Part shown: positions 29,816 to 39,739 of the stretch, piece after piece
Numbering within the stretch: position 1 is the stretch's first letter
How the letters are laid out: each line of letters opens with the position of its first letter
DNA from: Acetofilamentum sp.
GTDB taxonomy: Bacteria > Hydrothermota > 32-111
Length of the DNA: 64,000 nucleotides
Reading direction: 5' to 3'
NCBI GenBank assembly: GCA_020721805.1
Contig: DYMB01000001.1
Location: forward strand, 43,261 to 107,260
Notes under the pieces: model-generated
The model's input: only the letters and a program-made list of their open reading frames with translations
What the model was told of the DNA's origin: nothing
Databases searched by the model: none
Position numbers and translations under genes: made by a program

Positions 29816-31017
29816 TGATTTTCTGGATTAAAATTTTTCTAATATCACTGTTCATTGTTTTCTCTTTAAGGTTACGCTTTCCAATAGGCCTATCCTTGAT
29901 AATTTCATCTGTTTTGATAGGTATATTCTACTATCCCTCAATTGAAACCATCTTGAAACTTTTTGTTAAGTCGATATCCTCATACCCAACATTAAAGACG
30001 GTCTTAATAATATATTCCGTTCTTCTTTTAACAAATGTTGTAAAAAACAGAGGTATGGAAAATTTAGCGGATAATCTTCTTGAAATATTCAAAGATGCAA
30101 AATATGCTATAATTTTTTCCCCTATGATTGTTGGACTTTTACCTATGCTTGGTGGAGCACTTTTTACAGCGAGTATCGTCGATGAGATAGGTAAAAGGAT
30201 AGATTTAAAACCTGAAGAAAAAACCTTTATAAATTTCTGGTTTAGACACATATGGGAATACATCTGGCCATTGTATCCCGGATTGATACTTGTATCAACC
30301 ATAATGAATGTTCCAATAAAAAATATAATGAAACATCAGTTCTATCTTACCTTTATAGCCTTTTTTGTTGGTTTAATCTTTGTGAAAAGATTAAAAAGTT
30401 TTAAAATTGAAAGCAAAAAAAATATAAAAAAAACATTTTTCCAGATTTTTGATGGGTTCTTGCCAATAATCGTTATCGTTATGTTGATTTTTTTTACAAA
30501 TATAAAAGAGGAATTGATAATATTCTCTGTTTCGATTTTTTTTCTTCTCCTTCTGAAAATAAATTTTAAAAAAAAGATCTCTTTACTCTTCAAATCGTTT
30601 TCCATAGAGATAATTCTTCTTATAGTTGGAGTTATGATCTTTAAAGATTTTTTCTCAAATTCTGAGGCTATTAAACAAAATTTTCTGGCTCTCCAGAATA
30701 ATAAAGCTTTAGAATATGTTTTTTTGATTTTTTCCCCCCTGCTTGTAGGTTTTTTTACCGGTATAAATCAGGCATATGTTGGAATACTTTTACCTATGGT
30801 GGCTCCAATCATCTTAAACAATGGTAACATCGATTTTCAAAGGTTAACCCTTTTTTATGCATCAGGTTTTGTAGGTGTTCTATTATCACCGGTTCATCTT
30901 TGCCTATCTCTAACAAAAGAATACTTTAAAGCTGATTGGTTTAAAGTCTATAAAATTCTTTTACCTTCAACCATACCGATTCTATTGATACCATTGATAC
31001 TTGAAATAATCTTTTAA
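29815..31017 (+). CDS. DUF401-like polytopic membrane transporter
   Basis: GLLPMLGGALF, NFWFRHIWEY.WPLYPG, LLSPVHLCL.LT.EYF. Confidence 0.75.
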   Translation: MIFWIKIFLISLFIVFSLRLRFPIGLSLIISSVLIGIFYYPSIETILKLFVKSISSYPTLKTVLIIYSVLLLTNVVKNRGMENLADNLLEIFKDAKYAIIFSPMIVGLLPMLGGALFTASIVDEIGKRIDLKPEEKTFINFWFRHIWEYIWPLYPGLILVSTIMNVPIKNIMKHQFYLTFIAFFVGLIFVKRLKSFKIESKKNIKKTFFQIFDGFLPIIVIVMLIFFTNIKEELIIFSVSIFFLLLLKINFKKKISLLFKSFSIEIILLIVGVMIFKDFFSNSEAIKQNFLALQNNKALEYVFLIFSPLLVGFFTGINQAYVGILLPMVAPIILNNGNIDFQRLTLFYASGFVGVLLSPVHLCLSLTKEYFKADWFKVYKILLPSTIPILLIPLILEIIF

Positions 31018-31029
31018 CGGGAGTTTTAA

Positions 31030-31415
31030 ATGATAAAAAAAATTTATTTTCTTACCTTTTTATTTTTCTTTCCTCTTCTTTTAAAGAGGATCTTCATATT
31101 AAAAATGTAGTTTATAAAAACACGGACTCTATGAATAAAAAGGATATAGAAGGATATATGTCAACAGTATATCCCGAAGATACACTTAAATTTAACTCAA
31201 CCAGAAGAACTATGCTTTATATTTTTAACTCTGTAGAATTGACAGCAAGGATAGATAGTTTTACAATCCTTAACAGATGGAAAGATAGTGTAAAGGTTCA
31301 AACAGTTATGTTTTTCAAATTAAATGATCGGGAGAAAGAAAAGGCTAAAATGACACATATTCTTGTGAAATATAAAGGAAAATGGTACATAAATAGTTCA
31401 CAGGTCATAGAGTAA
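31030..31415 (+). pseudogene. NTF2/SnoaL-like secreted protein apparently split by a -1 frameshift near an A8 run
   Basis: RBS plus ATG 31030 stops at 31108-31110. The alternative frame is open from 31005 to 31415 without a start until 31131 and ends with KYKGKWYI. Confidence 0.5.
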
Positions 31416-31417
31416 AT

Positions 31418-31445
31418 TTGACTTTTAAAAACTTTATGTTATAAT
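31418..31445 (+). promoter_or_regulatory. Putative extended -10 promoter of the radical SAM gene (leaderless)
   Basis: TTGACT, 16 bp spacer ending TGn, then TATAAT. ATG at 31454 has no SD. Confidence 0.6.
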
Positions 31446-31453
31446 CACTTTTT

Positions 31454-32395
31454 ATGAAAAATAAACACATATTTGGTCCAGTGCCTTCACGAAGGCTGGG
31501 TTATTCTTTAGGTATAGATCTTGTCAAAAGGAAATATTGTTCCTATGATTGTATTTACTGCGAAGTTGGAAAGACTACCAATAAGATAATAGATAGAATA
31601 GATTTTGGAAACGATAAAATTATAGTTGAAGAATTGAAAACATTTCTAAACGATTATACTGGAAGAATCGATTGTATCACCTTTACAGGTTCTGGAGAGC
31701 CTACATTGAATGTGAAAATGGGATCCATATTGAACGAAGTAAAAAAAATTACAAAATTACCTGTAACACTTTTAACAAACGGATCTTTATTTTTCAGAGA
31801 GGATATAAGAAACGAGTCCATCAATTTTGATATAGTTATCCCTTCGCTTGATAGTGTTATCGAAGAAACTTTTATGCGGGTTAACAAACCCCATCGGGAC
31901 TTAAATCTATCAGAAATAATTAAAGGTTTAATAAAGTTTTCAAACGACTATAAAGGTAAAATATATCTTGAAATTTTACTTGTTAAAGGTTTCAACGATT
32001 CTGATGGTGATCTTTTGAATTTAAGAAAAATAGTTGAAAAAATGAGAGTCGATAAAATACAAATAAATACGGTTGTTAGGCCTCCAGCTTACAAAGAGGC
32101 AAAGCCAATAGATGAAAATGATAAACAGAGAATAAAAAATATTTTAGGTGATCTTGTGGAGTTGGATCTTGTTTTTTCTCAAAATAATATTGTTCAATCG
32201 AATTCTGGGAAAAAGGAAGTTACCGAACTTTTAAAAAGAAGGCCCTGCACTTTCGAGCAGATATCAATTTCACTTGGAATCGATGGGGAAAAACTAAAAA
32301 TTATACTTGATGAACTGCAGAAAGAAATGAAAGATAAATTGAAAGTGGATAAATTCGACGGAGAATTCTATTATAAGGTGGTAGGAAATGAATGA
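31454..32395 (+). CDS. Radical SAM Fe-S protein (COG0731-like)
   Basis: FGPVPSRRLG.SLG, CSYDCIYC, GSGEPTL, LLTNGSL. Confidence 0.88.
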   Translation: MKNKHIFGPVPSRRLGYSLGIDLVKRKYCSYDCIYCEVGKTTNKIIDRIDFGNDKIIVEELKTFLNDYTGRIDCITFTGSGEPTLNVKMGSILNEVKKITKLPVTLLTNGSLFFREDIRNESINFDIVIPSLDSVIEETFMRVNKPHRDLNLSEIIKGLIKFSNDYKGKIYLEILLVKGFNDSDGDLLNLRKIVEKMRVDKIQINTVVRPPAYKEAKPIDENDKQRIKNILGDLVELDLVFSQNNIVQSNSGKKEVTELLKRRPCTFEQISISLGIDGEKLKIILDELQKEMKDKLKVDKFDGEFYYKVVGNE

Positions 32396-33509
32396 GGTCT
32401 TTATTTTTGTTTTTATCCTTTTGGTAACAAAAATCGTAAATGAAACATCATTAAGGTTAAAAATACCATCGGTTGTCGGTATAATTATAATAGGCATCAT
32501 TCTTGGACCAGTTTTAAATATAATAAAACTTGATAATACGATAGAATTTTTTTCCCAGATAAGTATTTTGTTCTTAATGTTTATGGCTGGTTTGGAGACT
32601 GATCTTGAAGGAATAAAAAAACAGGGAAAGACCTCTTTAATTGTAGCAACCTCTGGAGTGCTTGCTCCATTTCTTTTATCTTTTATTTTTCTTTTTCTAA
32701 ATTATGATTTTAAAACATCATACATTATAGGTCTAATACTAACTGCGACATCAGTATCGATAACTGTGATCACACTTCTCGAGTTGGGGAAATTGAACAC
32801 GAGAAGTGGTATAACTATTCTTGGGGCAGCTGTTATCGACGATATTTTAGGAATCCTTTTTATGACAATTTCTTTCATATTTCTATTTCACTCTGGAAAT
32901 TTTATTATTGTAATTTTAAAACTTTTGGTCCTTTTCCTCTTTATATATTTATTAAATACAGTTTTGTTAAAAAAATTTTTTACATATGTTTCATCTTTTA
33001 AAACTCCACAGATGGTTTTAAGTTTGGCTATCATCCTGATGCTCTTTTTATCATTTTTTTCTGAACAGATGGGCGTTGCTGGTATCACAGGAGCTTATAT
33101 AGCAGGTATCTCGATCTCCAGAACAAAATTTTCGAAGAGGATACTTGATGATTCCCATATAATAATCGATACGATCTTTATATCATTCTTTTTTTTCGTC
33201 GTTGGATTAAAAACATCTTTGAGTTTAAAAGATTTCAATTTACTTTTTACAATACTGTTGACAATTATTTCGATATTTTCAAAAGTTATTGGGTGCGGTC
33301 TGCCAAGTTATTTTAACGGGTTAACATGGGAAGAATCTCTAAAGGTAGGTGTTGGAATGATTCCGAGAGGAGAGGTTGGCCTTGTTATCGCTATCATAGC
33401 GCTTTCGAGAGGATATATCGATCAAATAATTTATAACGGATTCGTAGTGATGATTTTACTTACAACTATTTTAACACCCATCTGGTTAAATTATCTATAT
33501 AAAAGATAG
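32388..33509 (+). CDS. CPA2 family cation:proton antiporter
   Basis: LMFMAGLETD, ATSVSIT, GAAVIDDILG, GMIPRGEV. Confidence 0.9.
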   Translation: MNEVFIFVFILLVTKIVNETSLRLKIPSVVGIIIIGIILGPVLNIIKLDNTIEFFSQISILFLMFMAGLETDLEGIKKQGKTSLIVATSGVLAPFLLSFIFLFLNYDFKTSYIIGLILTATSVSITVITLLELGKLNTRSGITILGAAVIDDILGILFMTISFIFLFHSGNFIIVILKLLVLFLFIYLLNTVLLKKFFTYVSSFKTPQMVLSLAIILMLFLSFFSEQMGVAGITGAYIAGISISRTKFSKRILDDSHIIIDTIFISFFFFVVGLKTSLSLKDFNLLFTILLTIISIFSKVIGCGLPSYFNGLTWEESLKVGVGMIPRGEVGLVIAIIALSRGYIDQIIYNGFVVMILLTTILTPIWLNYLYKR

Positions 33510-33521
33510 AAAGGAGAAAAA

Positions 33522-33869
33522 ATGTTTTTCATGATAATCCTTTTATACAAAGAAGAATACTATGAGGATCTACTGAATTCGCTTGTTGAAAGCGGAATAA
33601 ACGATTCATTTGTAATTGAAGGTCAAACTATAAATCAGGCGGTAAATATAAATCTTCCAATTTTTTCAGGTTTAAAGTATAGGTTTAAAGATTCCGAGCG
33701 CTATTCAAAAATAATCTTTTCTACTATTAAAGATAAAAACCAATTCGATTATTTTATAAATGTTTTCAAAGATTACAAGATCGATTTAAACAAGGAAGAA
33801 GTGATCAGAATTTATATTTTAAAACTCGATTCGGTTTTTGGGAAAGATGAGGAGTTTAAAATTGAATAA
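33522..33869 (+). CDS. Small PII-like-fold hypothetical protein
   Basis: 115 aa with beta-alpha-beta start (IILLYKEEYYEDLLNSLVESGI) and PIFSGL loop. Follows the transporter. Confidence 0.5.
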   Translation: MFFMIILLYKEEYYEDLLNSLVESGINDSFVIEGQTINQAVNINLPIFSGLKYRFKDSERYSKIIFSTIKDKNQFDYFINVFKDYKIDLNKEEVIRIYILKLDSVFGKDEEFKIE

Positions 33870-35073
33870 AAATTTCTATATTTTATTTTTTTTAATTCTG
33901 GCAATACCGATTTTTATTTTTCCTTTCATTCTATCTGAAGAATTCGATTCAGAATATATTATAGATGATTTTTGTGCAGATTTTTTGAACGATCAATTTA
34001 ACGATTTGATTTTTAAAGAGAATTTTATAATGATTTCCGGAGGATGCTATAACATCGAACAACTTGCTATAAGATCTTTGCTCAAATTGAAGGTCCCGGT
34101 ATCGGAAAGGATAGATTTTGAACTCATCAATATCTATTACGATGATTTTGAATTTCATCCTAAAATATTCGAATATGGATTAACATTCAATATAAAAAAG
34201 TTTTTTTCAATTGGTTTTTTAGCCAATCCGACCTTTTATAAAAAAGATTCAGATTTCACATTAAATTTTGATTTTAATGGTTTTAACACTAAAAACAGGG
34301 TCTCCTTTACCCTTGAAAATTTTGACAACAACTATTCGCACAAAAATTGGAATGAAAAGTTTTTAGAAAGACCGAGAATTTATGAAAATTATCCATTATT
34401 GTTTACCTTCACTTCTGCCGGTAAACTCAAAGATTTAAATTTTTTTACATTTTACAGAAAAAAATTTTATACAAAAGAGAATCACTATTACTATTCTCTG
34501 GAAGATACAGTTTGGGATTTTTCTGTTGATACAAGTTATGATTATCTATTCACACAGTTATTCTTTCAAAAGAAGAAAAATGAGAATGTTCTCTCAACAG
34601 GACTCAGATTTACAATTTTAAATTTATTGAATAACCTCTATACACATCAGGATACTTTAACTGAATATGATAAAAGGTTTAAAATATCGTATTTTCTTTC
34701 CTCCAAAAAAAAGAATCATATTTTTAATTTCGCGTATGAGAGGGAAATAAGAGATATAATCGATATATTGAAAAAGGACTCCTATCTGGTTTCTTTTGGA
34801 TATAGTTTTTCAAAAGATTTTTATACTATAGATTTATGGGAGATAATTTCCAATCTTGATAGAGAATTAACCGATAGACCCAATTATAATTCATTTCAAT
34901 CAAGAATTTTATTATCCTTAAAGTTTAAAATCAAAGAAAATACATATTTTGTTGCAAGAAAAGGATTTGAAAGCGATATCAGGGATATAAAAAAAGGCGG
35001 AAGATATTTTTGGTATGATAAAATGTATGTTCAATTTTATTCCGATTTTGATATTTTTTTAAAAAGGAAATAG
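33862..35073 (+). CDS. Hypothetical secreted/outer-membrane protein
   Basis: Signal-like N terminus and aromatic-rich beta strands. TTG start after GAGGAG. Confidence 0.55.
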   Translation: MNKNFYILFFLILAIPIFIFPFILSEEFDSEYIIDDFCADFLNDQFNDLIFKENFIMISGGCYNIEQLAIRSLLKLKVPVSERIDFELINIYYDDFEFHPKIFEYGLTFNIKKFFSIGFLANPTFYKKDSDFTLNFDFNGFNTKNRVSFTLENFDNNYSHKNWNEKFLERPRIYENYPLLFTFTSAGKLKDLNFFTFYRKKFYTKENHYYYSLEDTVWDFSVDTSYDYLFTQLFFQKKKNENVLSTGLRFTILNLLNNLYTHQDTLTEYDKRFKISYFLSSKKKNHIFNFAYEREIRDIIDILKKDSYLVSFGYSFSKDFYTIDLWEIISNLDRELTDRPNYNSFQSRILLSLKFKIKENTYFVARKGFESDIRDIKKGGRYFWYDKMYVQFYSDFDIFLKRK

Positions 35074-35074
35074 T

Positions 35075-36337
35075 ATGGATAAATTTGTAATAAAAGGCGG
35101 TATAAAACTTTCAGGTGAACTAAACACTTCTGGTTCGAAAAATTCTTCCTTACCCATAATGGTTGCAGCACTTCTTGCAAAAGGAAGAACCGTTATCAGA
35201 AATGTTCCGGATGTTAACGATGTGAAACATATGATAAAGGTTCTTGAATATCTCAAAGTTAGGGTTAAATTCAATAAAAATATTTTAACGATAGATGTTC
35301 CCAAAAAACTTGGTTATATCGCTCCCTACAATTTTGTTAGGAAAATGAGAGCATCCTATTATGTTATGGGTGCTTTGATCGGAAGAGAGGGAAAAGTTGA
35401 TGTTTCTCTACCTGGTGGGTGTGCCATCGGTGAAAGGCCAATAGATCTTCATCTTAAAGGTTTCAGAGAACTTGGATGTGATATTAAACTTGAAAAAGGT
35501 TATGTCAAAGCGAGATGTAAAAAATTGAAAGGTAAAGAACTTTTTCTTCAGGGAACAAAGGGAAGTTCCGTTGGTGCAACGATAAATGTTATGATGGCGG
35601 CAGTTCTTTCTGAAGGTATTACAATTATAAAGGGAGCAGCAGTTGAACCCGAAGTTTCCGATGTCGCCAATTTTCTAAACTCAATGGGAGCAAAAATAAG
35701 TGGTATAGACACACCGGTATTAAAGATAGAGGGAGTTGAAAATTTAAAACCTACAGAATATACCGTTATACCAGATAGAATAGAAGCAGGGACATTACTC
35801 GTTGCTTCGGTGATAACCGGGGGTGAATTGTTTTTAAAAAAATGTAATCCGTCCCATATGCATGTTGTACTGGAAAAATTGAAAGAGATCGGTTATAAAA
35901 TTGAAATCGGCAAAGATAACATTTACATTAAATCATCAAAGTATTTAAAACCTGTTAATATAAATGTGTTACCCTATCCTTTCTTTCCTACCGATATGCA
36001 GGCTCAATTCATATCTCTTTTATCTCTTGTTGATGGTATATCGATAGTTTCAGAAAATATTTTTGAAAAGAGATTTATGCATGTACCGGAACTTATCAGA
36101 ATGGGGGCGGATATAACCATAGAATCGAATAAAGCGATAATAAAGGGTGTTAAAAAGTTATATGGTGCTCCAGTTATGGCATCCGATTTAAGAGCATCGG
36201 CAGCGCTCGTGCTTGCGGCTATTGCCGCTTCAGGTGAGAGTGAAATAAGAAGGATATATCATCTCGATAGAGGTTATGAGTCCATAGAAAAGAAATTGAG
36301 AAAAATAGGAGCAAAGATAAAAAGGGTTAAAGAATGA
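35075..36337 (+). CDS. murA: UDP-GlcNAc 1-carboxyvinyltransferase
   Basis: GSKN, MRASYY, LPGGCAIG.RPIDLH, FPTDMQ, HLDRGYE. Confidence 0.97.
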   Translation: MDKFVIKGGIKLSGELNTSGSKNSSLPIMVAALLAKGRTVIRNVPDVNDVKHMIKVLEYLKVRVKFNKNILTIDVPKKLGYIAPYNFVRKMRASYYVMGALIGREGKVDVSLPGGCAIGERPIDLHLKGFRELGCDIKLEKGYVKARCKKLKGKELFLQGTKGSSVGATINVMMAAVLSEGITIIKGAAVEPEVSDVANFLNSMGAKISGIDTPVLKIEGVENLKPTEYTVIPDRIEAGTLLVASVITGGELFLKKCNPSHMHVVLEKLKEIGYKIEIGKDNIYIKSSKYLKPVNINVLPYPFFPTDMQAQFISLLSLVDGISIVSENIFEKRFMHVPELIRMGADITIESNKAIIKGVKKLYGAPVMASDLRASAALVLAAIAASGESEIRRIYHLDRGYESIEKKLRKIGAKIKRVKE

Positions 36338-37383
36338 ATTCAAAAAAAGTTGTTTTTGTAAAAGATGTTCCAGTGGGTGGTAAATATCCGGTTGTAATTC
36401 AATCGATGACAAATACAAAAACTGAAGATTACAAAGGGACGATGGAACAGATAAGGGAACTTTACAAAAGAGGCGCACAGCTTGTTCGTGTATCTTTTCC
36501 AGATGTCAACTGTCAGGATTCTTTTAAAAAAATCGTTAAAGATTCTCCCTGCCCAATAATAGCGGATATTCATTTTGATCATAAACTCGCATTGTTAGCT
36601 ATCAAGTTGGGTGCATCAAAGATAAGAATCAATCCTGGAAACATTTCGAAAAAAAATTTAATTGAGATAATCAAAGCTGCTAAAGAGAATAATGTCCCCA
36701 TAAGGATAGGAGTAAATGGAGGTTCACTTGAAAAGGATGTTTTAAAAAAATTTAAATATCCCTCACCAGATGCATTATATGAATCTTTAAAATTGTCCAT
36801 TGAGTTTTTTCTCGAAAACGATTTTGATAATATCGTTCTTTCCATAAAATCCTCAGATGTTGTTGATATGATAGAGTCAAATCTGAAATTGAAAAATTTA
36901 CCTTTCCCTGTTCACCTTGGAGTAACGGAAGCTGGAGGTCTTTTAAGGGGGTCTGTAAAAAATTCTATAGGTATATCCTATCTTCTTTTAAACAACATAG
37001 GTGATACGATAAGGATATCGATTTCGGATTCTCCACTCTATGAGGTTGATATTGCCAAAATGGTTCTTTCATCTTTGCATATTTCATCAAATTTTCCCGA
37101 TATAGTCTCTTGCCCAACATGTAGTAGAACCACTTTTAATGTCATATCTATCCAGAAAGATGTAGAAAAACTTGTTGAAAATTTTAAAGGGAAAATTAAA
37201 ATTGCTATAATGGGATGCGTTGTAAATGGACCAGGTGAAGCAAAAGATGCAGATATAGGTATAACCGGTTCAGGTGTAAACGGTGTTCTATTTAAAAAAG
37301 GCAGGATAGTTAAGACCGGACCTATTAACGAAATAATCAAGTCCTTTTATGAAGAAATAAAAAATTATGGAAAACAAAATTAA
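36334..37383 (+). CDS. ispG: HMBPP synthase IspG
   Basis: IQSMTNT, ADIHF, RINPGN, HLGVTEAG, SCPTCSR, MGCVVNGPGE. Confidence 0.96.
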   Translation: MNSKKVVFVKDVPVGGKYPVVIQSMTNTKTEDYKGTMEQIRELYKRGAQLVRVSFPDVNCQDSFKKIVKDSPCPIIADIHFDHKLALLAIKLGASKIRINPGNISKKNLIEIIKAAKENNVPIRIGVNGGSLEKDVLKKFKYPSPDALYESLKLSIEFFLENDFDNIVLSIKSSDVVDMIESNLKLKNLPFPVHLGVTEAGGLLRGSVKNSIGISYLLLNNIGDTIRISISDSPLYEVDIAKMVLSSLHISSNFPDIVSCPTCSRTTFNVISIQKDVEKLVENFKGKIKIAIMGCVVNGPGEAKDADIGITGSGVNGVLFKKGRIVKTGPINEIIKSFYEEIKNYGKQN

Positions 37384-38404
37384 AATCATTCAAAATTTCT
37401 TAAAAACTAAAGAGATGATTCTTGTTGACAATCCTGAAGAGGTGTTCGACTTACTTGAAGAAAATTATTCTTTCAATTTTGCTGAGTATGAAGCTAATCT
37501 GTTGATAGGAAAAGAAAAAGTTTTTTTGATAACCGATTTTCTTCTTTATCCAATGGTAAAAAATCTTAAGAATATTAATATTTTAAAGGGTGATACCGTA
37601 GAATATTTGAAAAACGGAAAAATATTTTTAAAAGAATGGATTCAAGTATTGAAAAGCGAAAATATAACAAGAGTTGGCTTGGTGAACATATCCCTTTCGG
37701 TTTTTTTGAAAGATTTTATTACTTTTAAATTTATTACTCCTTCGAAAACATTGGGAAGTATAAAGACCGATAAAGAACTTTTAAAAATTAAAAATATACT
37801 TAAGAGAATGAATGAAATTTTTGAAAATGTTGAAAAATTTTTAAAGAAAGGGATAAAAGATATTGAGTTAAGAAATTATATAGATATTTTGATATACAGG
37901 GATGGTTTCAAAAGGTATCTTCCAACATATGTTGGTTTCAATCCTAAAACTATCTACCCGACTTTAAACGGTGATATTCTAAAAAATAATCAAATCGTAT
38001 TGATAGATATAGGGATTATGAAGGATGGTGCTGGTTTTTCACTTTCAAAAACCTTTACTTCTGTTAAAATTTCAAAAAGCAAAGAAAATTTTTTAAAAAT
38101 CGTTAAGGACGGAATCGAAGTTCTCTTGTCCGGTCTTTTGAAAAATGACAGCATAAAGGAGAGTGAGAATGCTTATAGAAACTACCTGAAATCCCATAAT
38201 CTTGATAGTATGTCTATGGAATATGGATTCTCCTATCTATCCTGCGCTGGTAGTGGTGAAGTCAACACTTTTATTACGGAAAGAAAAGTAAAGGATGGCG
38301 AGATATTCAAACTTACTTCTTCAGTTTTCCTTCCTTCAAAATATGGTGCGAGATTTGAAAAACTTTATATCAAAAACAAAAATAATTATGAAGAGATACT
38401 TTAA
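37367..38404 (+). CDS. M24 (Xaa-Pro peptidase) fold protein, metal ligands partly lost
   Basis: IKTDKEL, IVLIDIG and VFLPSKYGARFE match the fold. The usual SD..RT, HG.GH and EP motifs are absent. Confidence 0.6.
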   Translation: MENKIKIIQNFLKTKEMILVDNPEEVFDLLEENYSFNFAEYEANLLIGKEKVFLITDFLLYPMVKNLKNINILKGDTVEYLKNGKIFLKEWIQVLKSENITRVGLVNISLSVFLKDFITFKFITPSKTLGSIKTDKELLKIKNILKRMNEIFENVEKFLKKGIKDIELRNYIDILIYRDGFKRYLPTYVGFNPKTIYPTLNGDILKNNQIVLIDIGIMKDGAGFSLSKTFTSVKISKSKENFLKIVKDGIEVLLSGLLKNDSIKESENAYRNYLKSHNLDSMSMEYGFSYLSCAGSGEVNTFITERKVKDGEIFKLTSSVFLPSKYGARFEKLYIKNKNNYEEIL

Positions 38405-39179
38405 CCTGTTATTTCTGGTTTTCTTTATCATATCTTGTAATAATGATGATTATAAAATTTATATTGAGAAGAAAGATTATAAAAAAGCTTTGAAGATCGT
38501 TGAAGAAAAGTTCAAAACGAAACCTGATAAATTTTTATTATCCGATCTTATCCTTTTACTTGATCAGAACTTTTATGAAACCGAAAAGGCTGTAGATTAT
38601 GTTAGAAAATATCAATCGAAGGGAGGAGATTTTAAGGGTATCGAAAATATAGTTGGGACACTCTATTATAACTATGCTTTATCCTTCTATAAAAAAGGAG
38701 AACTCGATTCTTCCGAATACTATTCGAATGAGGCAGAAAGATTATCAGGAGAAAATTATAAGATTTATCTATTGCTGGGTAAAATAAATGTTAGAAAAGA
38801 AAAGTATGATATCGCAAAAGATCTTTTTTTAAAGGCACTTAAACTCGAAACAAGAGCATCTGAAATTTACAAATATCTTGGTAATATAGAATTTTTAAAA
38901 AACAGATTCAATAATGCTGAATATTACTATAAAGAAGGATTAAAGGTTGATTCCAACGATGTTCAGATACAGATGAATCTTTCCGAACTGTATTTAAAAA
39001 TGAAAAAAGAAAAAGAAGGAATTTTAATTTTGAAAAAAGTGATAGAGTTGGATTCGACCTATTTAGATGCTTTTGATAGATTGATCAAATATTATTATTT
39101 GAAAGGAAATAATGATTCGATTGAAAAATATATACGAATATATGAAAAAAAATCGAAGATTAAAGCGAAATTGAATTGA
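38388..39179 (+). CDS. TPR lipoprotein
   Basis: MKRYFNLLFLVFFIISC lipobox and several TPRs. Confidence 0.75.
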   Translation: MKRYFNLLFLVFFIISCNNDDYKIYIEKKDYKKALKIVEEKFKTKPDKFLLSDLILLLDQNFYETEKAVDYVRKYQSKGGDFKGIENIVGTLYYNYALSFYKKGELDSSEYYSNEAERLSGENYKIYLLLGKINVRKEKYDIAKDLFLKALKLETRASEIYKYLGNIEFLKNRFNNAEYYYKEGLKVDSNDVQIQMNLSELYLKMKKEKEGILILKKVIELDSTYLDAFDRLIKYYYLKGNNDSIEKYIRIYEKKSKIKAKLN

Positions 39180-39190
39180 AAGGAGAAAAG

Positions 39191-39739
39191 ATGATAACTA
39201 GAGAAAAAGCGTTGGAACTTATCAGAGAAAATATCGATAATCAGAATTTGATAAAACATATGCTTGCCTGTGAAGTTTGCATGAAACACCTTGCGAAACA
39301 TTTTAATGAAAATGAAGAAACTTGGAGTATGGCTGGACTTTTACATGATCTTGATTATGCCAAAACTTCAAATGATCCAAAAAACCATGGCTTTATCACT
39401 CTTCAGATGTTAAAAGAATATTCTCTTCCACAGGATATCCTTGATGCTATAGTTGCACATCCGGGACATAAAGAAAGAGTAAAACTTATTGAAAAATCCT
39501 TATATTCAGTCGATCCCTTGACCGGATTGATAGTAGCTGCCGCTTTGATGCATCCTGAAAAAAAATTGGAAAAAATAGATGTTGATTTTATTACAAGAAG
39601 GTTTAATGAAAAAAGATTCGCTGCTGGAGCGAACAGACAGCAGATCCAGTCAATTGAAGAAACTGGTCTTTCACTGAGAGATTTTATAAATATATGTCTT
39701 GATGCTATGAAATCTATTTCAGCGGAACTTGGATTATGA
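39191..39739 (+). CDS. HD-domain (HDIG-like) metal-dependent phosphohydrolase
   Basis: TREKAL, KHMLA, AGLLHDLDY, FAAGANR. Confidence 0.85.
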   Translation: MITREKALELIRENIDNQNLIKHMLACEVCMKHLAKHFNENEETWSMAGLLHDLDYAKTSNDPKNHGFITLQMLKEYSLPQDILDAIVAHPGHKERVKLIEKSLYSVDPLTGLIVAAALMHPEKKLEKIDVDFITRRFNEKRFAAGANRQQIQSIEETGLSLRDFINICLDAMKSISAELGL

